Source: Hyaloraphidium curvatum SAG 235-1
Taxonomy: Eukaryota; Fungi; Monoblepharomycota
DNA: 64,000 nucleotides
Assembly (NCBI GenBank): GCA_025558095.1
Contig: JAIVFI010000001.1
Span: 1,426,001 to 1,490,000, forward strand
Reading direction: 5' to 3'
How positions within the stretch are numbered: the stretch's first letter is position 1; the number at the start of each line of letters is the position of its first letter. The translations under genes were made by a program, and so were the position numbers. Below the pieces are notes generated by a model. That model had not been told where the DNA came from, did not search any database, and worked only from the letters and a program-made list of their open reading frames with translations. This document shows, in pieces, positions 56,419 through 64,000 of this stretch.

Positions 56419-58749
56419 TCAGTGCCCCAGCAGTGGCGTCCTCTCCCCTACCGCCCCCGACCCCGCCGGCGACACCGCCTCCTCCCCCTCCTCCTCGCCC
56501 TCCGCGGCGGAAGGCAGCATCCAGAACACCACGAACACCAGCAGCCCCAGGGCGGCCGTCGCGCCGCCGACGTAGAGGAGCATCGCCGCGAACCCGGCCG
56601 TCTCGGCGAGGTGCGAGCACAGCACGGGGCCGGCGAGCATGCCGGCGCTGTAGCAGACGTTCCACATCGCGTCTGGATGGATGGGCGGGAAGAGGATGGT
56701 CAGCGGCCGTCCCCGGATCGAGCGCCAGCTGCAAAGGAACCCACACATAGTCCCGTACCCCTCCCCGCCCGCGTGCTCCCTCACGATCCCCGCGATCTCG
56801 GCGTATATCGGCGTCGAGTACGCGCTCTCCGCCGCGCCGAACGCCAGCAGCGGGAGCGCCACCCAGCCCACGGCCGCCGGCGGCGCCACCAACCCGGTCA
56901 GCGGCGCCGACAAACCAAACAGCGCCAGGCCCGCGGCCGAGAGGAACCGCCTCCCCCTCGACGACATGCGGTCGCACACGGGGCCTAGGACCAGCCGCAC
57001 GAGCGAGTTGGGCACCTCGATGGCGATGAAGAGCAGGCCGACGGTGGAGGGGGAGGCGCCGAACCGCCGGGAGAGGTGCACGGGCAGCGTGGGCTCGATG
57101 CCGCTGAAGAGGGTGGCGTCGACGGCGGAGGCGGCAAAGACGACGAGGAGCTCGGGGCGCAGGAGGAGGCGCAGCACCAGGGTGCCGACGCCGGGCTTTT
57201 CTGGCTCCGCCTCGTCGTCCCCTTCCTCGGCATCGTCTTCCTCTCCGGGGGTGCCGCCGCCCTCGTCGGCCGCACCGTCGTCGTCGGCTTCCTGGGTGCG
57301 GGGGTCGATGAAGGTGTCCGAGGTTTCGCCCACGCGCACGACGAGGTCCTTGCGCTTGCGCGATGCCGGGTCGCCGGGTGTTGCCGCGTCGTCCGCATCC
57401 TCGGCAGCAACCTCTCCAGCAAGGATGTCATCGGGTGCCGGTGTGGTGTCCTCGCCTGCTCCCTTGGTCGGCATGCCGGCGAGCACCGCCTTGTCCGCGG
57501 CCGCCTCCTTCTCCGCCTCTTCCTCCTCCGCCGCGCGCACAGCCTCCCTCCTTGCCCCCTCGAGGTCGATCACGATCCAGCACAGCAGATCCGCCACCGC
57601 CAGCCCCGTGCACACGAAGAACGGCATCCCCATGCCCCCGGCCTGGAACAGCACCCCGCCGACCACGGGCCCGAGGAGGAAGCCCGCGGTGTTGAAGACC
57701 AGCACGCGCGAGGTGGCGCCCGTCAGCGCCGAGGGTGGGTACACGTCCGCGAGGCAGGCCACGGCGACGGACCAGATGGAGGCGCCGGCGCAGCCCTGCA
57801 CGGTGCGGGCGAGGAGGAGCAGCGGGTAGGAGAACTGCGCGAAGGTGCCGAACATGAGCGTGGAGAGGGAGAGAAAGAAAAGGCCGACGAGCATGGGGGC
57901 GCGGCGGGTGCGGTACTTGTCCGAGAGGAAGCCGATGAGCGGGGAGAGGATGAGGTAGCCGAGCGAGTAGCTGGCAAAGAGCAGGCCGACCTCGCGCTCG
58001 CCGAGCTTGAGGCGGTCGACGACCAGCTCGGGGAGCACGGGCACGACGACGCCGTACACGAGCATGTCGACAAAGAGGGAGGCGGCGACGGCGGCTTCGA
58101 CAAAGATTAAAGAGCGCGTGAAGGCGGGCGCGGGGTGGCCCAGGAACAGGGAGCACGGATGCCGCGCAGGGTCGAGCTCCTCCTCGTCGGCGCCCTCCTC
58201 ATCGCCACCCTCGCCTTCTTCGCCTCCCTCGGCAGGTTCCGCGGCGACGTGGCGGCCCTCTTCAATATCTCGTTTCCGCCGTTCTTTGGCAGCGGCCGCG
58301 GCAGCCCGTGCGAGCCTCTGTGCCTCCGATCGCTTCCGCTGCTCATCCAGGACGGCCCGGGACAGAGCAGACTGCCGGCTCCCGGCGCCCAAAAGTCCCT
58401 GCCGCTCGGCATCGGGCGCCCCGAGGCTTTGGGAGCGCTGCGCCCTCGGCCGCCTTCCCAGGCTCCCATGGAACCCCCGATTGTCCCCCTTGTGTCTCTT
58501 TTCCCCCGGCAGAAACGAGTCCGCCGACGATGCACGCGCGGGAAACGCGCGTCGGGGGGCTCCGGAGGGCTGCGCCGGGGGGAGACGGGCGGGGGCGCGC
58601 CCGCGGGAGCCCAGCGAGGACGGGCCCGGCAGCGAGCGCGACGCGCCGTCCGTCGCCTGCCGCGCGATCCGCCGCGGTTCCGAAGCCACGGCAATTTCCG
58701 ATGCGGTGCTTGGAGGGGGGAATGAGGAGCTGCTGGGCAGTGAGGACAT
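56419..58749 (-). CDS. MFS transporter (DHA1/SLC18-like)
   Basis: LFVDMLVYGVVVPVLP, MFS motif GFLSDKYRTRR, ARTVQG and GPVVGGVL; acidic central loop; probable in-frame intron near 56670-56750. Confidence 0.88.
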   Translation of the reverse strand: MSSLPSSSSFPPPSTASEIAVASEPRRIARQATDGASRSLPGPSSLGSRGRAPARLPPAQPSGAPRRAFPARASSADSFLPGEKRHKGDNRGFHGSLGRRPRAQRSQSLGAPDAERQGLLGAGSRQSALSRAVLDEQRKRSEAQRLARAAAAAAKERRKRDIEEGRHVAAEPAEGGEEGEGGDEEGADEEELDPARHPCSLFLGHPAPAFTRSLIFVEAAVAASLFVDMLVYGVVVPVLPELVVDRLKLGEREVGLLFASYSLGYLILSPLIGFLSDKYRTRRAPMLVGLFFLSLSTLMFGTFAQFSYPLLLLARTVQGCAGASIWSVAVACLADVYPPSALTGATSRVLVFNTAGFLLGPVVGGVLFQAGGMGMPFFVCTGLAVADLLCWIVIDLEGARREAVRAAEEEEAEKEAAADKAVLAGMPTKGAGEDTTPAPDDILAGEVAAEDADDAATPGDPASRKRKDLVVRVGETSDTFIDPRTQEADDDGAADEGGGTPGEEDDAEEGDDEAEPEKPGVGTLVLRLLLRPELLVVFAASAVDATLFSGIEPTLPVHLSRRFGASPSTVGLLFIAIEVPNSLVRLVLGPVCDRMSSRGRRFLSAAGLALFGLSAPLTGLVAPPAAVGWVALPLLAFGAAESAYSTPIYAEIAGIVREHAGGEGYGTMCGFLCSWRSIRGRPLTILFPPIHPDAMWNVCYSAGMLAGPVLCSHLAETAGFAAMLLYVGGATAALGLLVFVVFWMLPSAAEGEEEGEEAVSPAGSGAVGERTPLLGH

Positions 58750-58897
58750 CCCGGTGTTCACACTTCAATGCGTCGGGCGGGATCGTCACTGCGCTACTTC
58801 TTGGCAGCTCTTCAGCTCGTGATGTCTATCTTCAAGTCAGCCAAAATGGCAAATCTAGTAGTGATGGCATTCTAGGCATAATGATGCCGTCGTAGGT

Positions 58898-60664
58898 CTA
58901 GAGCTTGCCGGGGACGGCCTCTCCGGTCTCGAACCCGTCGTCGCCGTTCTTGGACTCCACAGCCGTCTCGCCCGTGCCCCATCCAATCTGCAGCAAAGCA
59001 AACGATCAGCAAATGAACGCACCATCTCGCAATCAAGACGCAACCCACCGGCCGCCCCCCGTACTTCTTGCTGGCGTCCACAAACAGCGACTCCGAGTCG
59101 ACGATCGGCACCAACCGCTCGTCGATGAAGCCCGCCCGGTCCGGCGCCGCCGCCTCGCCCGACGGGATGTCGTACACCCTCCCGCCAAACACCGTCTTGC
59201 GCCCGCCGCCCTCGACCCGCTTGACGAAGCACCGGAACATCTTGACCCCCCGCGAGGCGTCGTCCGTCCGCGCCTCGGCGGCAAAGTCCAGCCGCAGCGT
59301 CAGGGTGCGGAAGTTCCACTGGTGCGTCGCCAGCGTGGCCTTCTCCTTCTTCCCCACGCTGGCGAGCAGCAGCGTGTTGATCAGCATCCCGTAGGTCGAG
59401 TCGATGAAGGCGCCGATCGCGCCGTGCGATGCCGCGCCGGAGCCCGAGCCGGCGCGGTGGGGGTGGAACCACACCAGGCCACAGATCTCGCCGCCGGGGC
59501 GGAGGTCCCCGACGCCGCCGTCGCCCGGCGCCGCGGGAGCCTGCGGCCGGCCGAGGAAGTAGATCCCGTACACGCGCCGCCCTTCGGGGAACTCCTCCCG
59601 GAAGTAGCGCTCCGACCGGTTCGAGCGCTCCGGGAGGCGCAGGGCCTGGTAGGTCCCGCGGATCAGGGGCGCGAGCAGGGAGAGGTGCGCGCGGGGCATG
59701 TAGTTGAGCTCGGGCTGGCGCGAAGCGAGGGAGGCAAAGGCGCGGTCCTCCAGAGGGGGAAGCGAAGCGGGGATCGCGGGGAGGGCGAGCGAGGAAAAGG
59801 GGATGCGGATGGTGGTCTTGCCCTCGACGGCGAACTTTTCGCTCGCGCCCGTGGGGTCCGTGCGCTGGTTGATCCGCGACGAGATGGTCAGGATGGTGGC
59901 ATCGCCCGAGTGCTCGACCTGCGTGATGGCCGCGCGCCAGCTCGAGACGGTGCCAAGGGGCACTCCGTCCTTGTACACGTTCTCGTGCGAGGCCGAGGAG
60001 AGGTACGGCAGCTTGCCGCGGTTGCGGCCGCCCGAGGTCAGCCAGTGGCCGGCCAACATCGTCGCCACTGCGTCGAGGAAGGTGTATGTGCTCCCGCCGC
60101 TGGTTGGGATCGCTGGATCAGCGCCCATCGCACACAATTTCGGCCGATAAGTGCTCACTGGCAGTTGTCCATGGGCCCCTGGCACATCCGCGTCGGGTAG
60201 AAGAGGCCGACAAACTGGTCCCGCGCGGGGGCGCCGGCGGCGTCCACAGGCACGAACCACAGCGCGGCCATCCTCTTGTCGTCGAAAACGTAGCTGATCT
60301 CCCGTTCTCCGGGCACATCGACGAGCGGAGGCAGTCCCAGCGACGCCTCGCGGTGGTGCTCGAAGGTGTAGGCCGAGCGGACCAGCCGGCCCGCCGCCAG
60401 CTCGTCCAGGACGTATTTCAGCGCCGGCGGCGCAGCCTTGAGCGGCCACACGGGGTCGTTGTCGGGGTCCGCCGATTTGTGCCGCGGGGGAGGCGTCGGC
60501 GGGACCATGAAGGCCGAGGCAGAAGGCTGCCCGTACTCGGCGATTTTGGCCAGGACGCCGGCATAGTCCGAGAGCTGCGCCCGGGAGGGCGCGGCAGTCG
60601 AAAAGCCGGCAATTCTGCTCGTTGCCGCCGCGGGAGCGATGTCCTCCGCCGTGGATTTGGCCAT
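58898..60664 (-). CDS. HotDog-fold thioesterase-like protein, multi-exon
   Basis: Two HotDog-like segments (CQGPMDNC|(H)GGSTYTFLD and ASHGAIGAFIDSTYG). The last exon ends ..VPGKL* if one G is added to the G6 run at 59055-59060. Confidence 0.65.
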
Positions 60665-61129
60665 CTTTCGGGGGGTTAAAAGCGAGCCCCGGGCAAACTT
60701 TGTTCCGGTGGCCGGTGAGGGCCACCTCACCTCATGCATCACGCGCAATGGGCGGCGAGGCGGATTCGAGCTTCTAGATCACGAGAACAACAGGTGAAGC
60801 ATGAGGACAGGCGTTTTATATAGCAGAGCTGCCAGAGCTTGAGAAGATCCGTGTTCGGCTAGGTCCCCGGCACCCTTGACAGCTGACTGAGTGATCTTCC
60901 ACCCAATCGCCTGATCCCGTGCAAATCAAAGGCATAGAGACAAAGTGGGCATCCGTGGCAATGCGGTTGTGCATTCAGGATCCCATATTGGTTCGCTTTG
61001 ACACCACCTTCCCGATATCCCAGTATCCCTTTTAGGATCGGGGTCCACGATTGCGGCGCGGCGTCCCTGACCGACTCACCACGGAATCACCCTCTGTTTT
61101 CCACGCCCATCGACCCCAAACCCCACGCA

Positions 61130-62222
61130 ATGCCGCGCCACGCGCTGATCTCCTGCCTCGGCCTCCTCCTCGCCCTCGCGGCCCGCGCGTCGGCCGCTCC
61201 CGCCGCCCACGAGCTCGAGGAGCGCGGGTGGACCGACTTTGACGGCACCCAAGTCTGCATACAGTCGTGCAGCGACGGCGGCGCCTACTTCATTGGGATG
61301 ACGAAACCCGCGGTGCCCATCGTCTACTGCGCCGGTTCGCAGGGCGCCTGCGCATGGTCTGTGAAGGCGGCGCTCTTGCCGGCGAGTCCACGCTGACTGC
61401 GCTCTCCTTCCACAGGTACGAAGACCCCTCGTGCACCAAGCCGAAGCCCCTGGCCGTGAGCCCGTACGGCGAGCCGGTGCCATGCCCCCGTAAGTCACTC
61501 TGCTGCACCACCACCACCGTATAATCAACCTGACCGCCGAATCACCTCCTGGCCGACCCAGAATACCCCTCGTCCGGCTGGTGCAAGGCCGCCTGGGACG
61601 TTCTCAGGAACGGTGCCAACCTTCCCAGCTGCGGTGGAGGCGGCGGCGGCGACAACGCAAACTGCCCAACGACGCCCGTGGGATATCCCCACCTGCCCGT
61701 CGACCCTGTGCCATACAGGACGTGCTCCGCCCCTGTGGGAGGTCCGAACTACCCGGGCGGGAACTGGTTCTGCCTCCAGGACGCGTCGGGCATCGATTCG
61801 TGGGTTCCCGTCAAGCGCACAGGGGTTGGTGATCGCATCGCTCCAATTTGTGCCGTGCTGACTCGTCTGCACAGGCCGGGCAGATCGCGTGCATGTCGAC
61901 CAATTCGTGGGACTGTGAGCTCGATGCCTTGGTTGCGCGGGGAGCTGTAGCTCACGCCGTGATGTTTTCGCAGGCATCTGGACCCCTCGCGAGTGTTGCC
62001 TCCGCCTGGCCGCCTCCGGTACCTCGACCAGCCCTTACTTCGAGGCAGGTTCATCGATGGATTGCCTTCCGCAGCGGATGAGCTGACAACGCCGCTCTCT
62101 AGTGTGGTCCACTTCACTTTCAATTGTGGCAGACCTCGGGCTACACGGACCCCTCCCACTGGTGCTACCGCGGATGGCAGCTGGTCAACCCGGGCGTTCC
62201 CGTGCCCAACCTGGGGTGCTGA
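61130..62222 (+). CDS. Secreted Cys-rich multi-exon protein
   Basis: Signal peptide plus LEER pro-site; exons encode WFCLQD..WVPVKR..IACMSTNSWDCIW and GYTDPSHWCYRG. The last junction is unresolved. Confidence 0.6.
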
Positions 62223-62275
62223 GGCCGATCTCCGAGCCCAAGAATCCTTTCGTCGCGCTCGTAGTTCCGTAGTTC

Positions 62276-62351
62276 CATCGTGTACATATTGCACCTCAGT
62301 CGTAACGCCTGGCAATACATCATGTACGTATTGCAGCTCTGTCGTAACGCC
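62276..62351. repeat. Two-copy 34-bp direct repeat, period 42
   Basis: catcgtgtacatattgcacctcagtcgtaacgcc versus catcatgtacgtattgcagctctgtcgtaacgcc (4 mismatches). Confidence 0.8.
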
Positions 62352-62580
62352 CGTGTCTCGGCTTCTCATGAGCTTGATGAGGATGGAACATCCACGCACG
62401 AGCAAGGAGAAACGGGCTTTACTTCACAGACGAGTAGAAAGGAGAAGTAGGTGGACAGGTGGTTTGGGAGACACCGCTTGCCCGCCTTCGCCACCTCGGC
62501 CGCCAGCGCCAATTGCCAAAAAGGAACCCTTGGCCGCTCGCCCAGTCCGTTTGGCCGACTGCCGCAAACTGCCGCTGAAG

Positions 62581-64000
62581 ATGCCCGACGGGAGCGAGTC
62601 CGCCGCCCAGCGCTCGTTCGAGCCGCGCCGCACGTTCCCCGCGTGGGACGAGGTGCTCGGCGGCGGCAACCCGGATCTGTACGCTTGGCTCGAAAATCGC
62701 CGGAAGTACAACGCCCGCGGGGGCGGCCTCTATCGCGTTCACGATGGGCTCTACGATTTGACGAACTTCGAGCACCCCGGCGGCAACGATTGGCTCGAGC
62801 TCATGAAGGTGGGGGGCGTGCAGCGTATCGCGACAGGCCGTGATCCGATTGACGCCTCGCATGAAGGGGGCCGACATAACGGAACTCTTCGAGGCGCACC
62901 ACGTCAACATCGAGGCCGCGAGGGCGATCCTGAAGAAGTACTACGTGCGTGACGCGGACTGGCCCCGCGAGTCGCCAATCACCTTCGAGCCCGACGGCTT
63001 CTACTCGGTGCTCCGCGGCCGAGTCTTCGAGGTCGTCAAGAAGCTCGGCAACCGCCCCAAGATGCTCTCAAAGGCCATCACCGACTCGTTCGCGGCGCTG
63101 TACCTCGGACTGTCCCTCGCGGCAGCCTACAGGCGGAGCGTGCCGCTCGCTGCGGCCGCCGGACTCTTCGCCGGGATGCTCGGCATCGCCTCACACAATT
63201 TCATCCATCAACGATCTACCAGGGAGAACTGGAGACGCTTCTACCCAGAGCTGACGGGCGGCTCGCACGTCGTGACGAGGATCCACCACGCTCTGAGCCA
63301 CCACATCTACCCGAACACCTCCCTCGGTCAGTTTTGCTTGTGTTCGAGCTCGCGACCAACCAGCTTTGAACTTCTTTTAACAGACGTGGAGATCCCCATG
63401 TTCACGACCATGTTCCGCATGAACTGGTTGCTCCACGAGCCTCGCTCCAAGAACTCCATGCTCTACGACATCATGCGCTTCTACTTCCGCCTCATCACCA
63501 TGGGTCCCCTCTCGGCGGTCCTCACCCCGCTCAGCTGGATACTCGGCCGACGCATCCCGAAGTTCTTCGAGACCCTCACCTACCTCGTCCTCTCGGCCAT
63601 GATCCTCGCGCGGCGGCGATCGGCGCTCCCCAACTCGCGCACTCTGCGCGGGGCGCTCGAGACCGCGGGGCTGTACCTCGTCACCCGGGCGCTGGCGCCG
63701 TGCTGGACCCTCACGGTCGGGCTGACCGTCGGCCACTACTCGGACGACGTGTGGAGGCAGGGCGAGACGGTGCCCAAGGAGGAGGAGATCCTCGACTTTG
63801 GGCTGCTGCAAATCGAGACCGTCGGCGAGCGGAAGGAGTACCACGCACCCGAGACGGACCTGCATCTGCTGATCGTGCTGATGACGCTGGGCGACCACGG
63901 GATGCACGTGGGTTGTGCGAGCGTTGGGCTTTATCTTTTGCTGACGTCGTTTCCTGCATCTTGTGACACGCTTGCAGCACCTCTTCCCTGCGTGAGTGTT
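62581..64000 (+). CDS. Cytochrome b5-fused fatty-acid-desaturase-like protein (Cyt-b5-related family); runs off the window
   Basis: LYDLTNFEHPGG..GADITELFEAHH; His boxes SHNFIH, HHALSHH and GDHGMH|HLFP; introns present. Confidence 0.85.

Overview
A gene-dense, GC-rich eukaryotic window with short GT..CTRAC..AG spliceosomal introns. The gene set looks fungal, probably an early-diverging fungus (inference). Conserved host genes: DNMT5-type methyltransferase/SNF2 (truncated at the left edge), a UBX protein, DBP6, a sterol desaturase, a mitochondrial carrier, CDC48, an ARO8-like aminotransferase, a DUF1640 protein, a TRP-like channel, EamA and MFS transporters, a HotDog protein and a cytochrome b5-desaturase (truncated at the right edge). 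Several bacterial-type enzymes are present, including a cyanobacterial-like pteridine glucosyltransferase. The main signal lies at about 13.3-22.1 kb on the minus strand. It starts with an apparently intact Fanzor (TnpB-derived RNA-guided nuclease) of about 1080 aa, which carries seven N-terminal zinc-knuckle-like repeats. Its third catalytic Asp appears only after splicing a 50-nt intron that the ORF track misses. A structured candidate omegaRNA of about 270 nt follows, then a co-oriented CRE-type RT/restriction-like-endonuclease non-LTR retrotransposon with a candidate 9-bp target-site duplication. Also notable: an inverted pair of ZP-like membrane proteins sharing a repeated TGATTGAC motif, and several Cys-rich secreted proteins. 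All family calls come from motif recognition by eye; no database searches were run.
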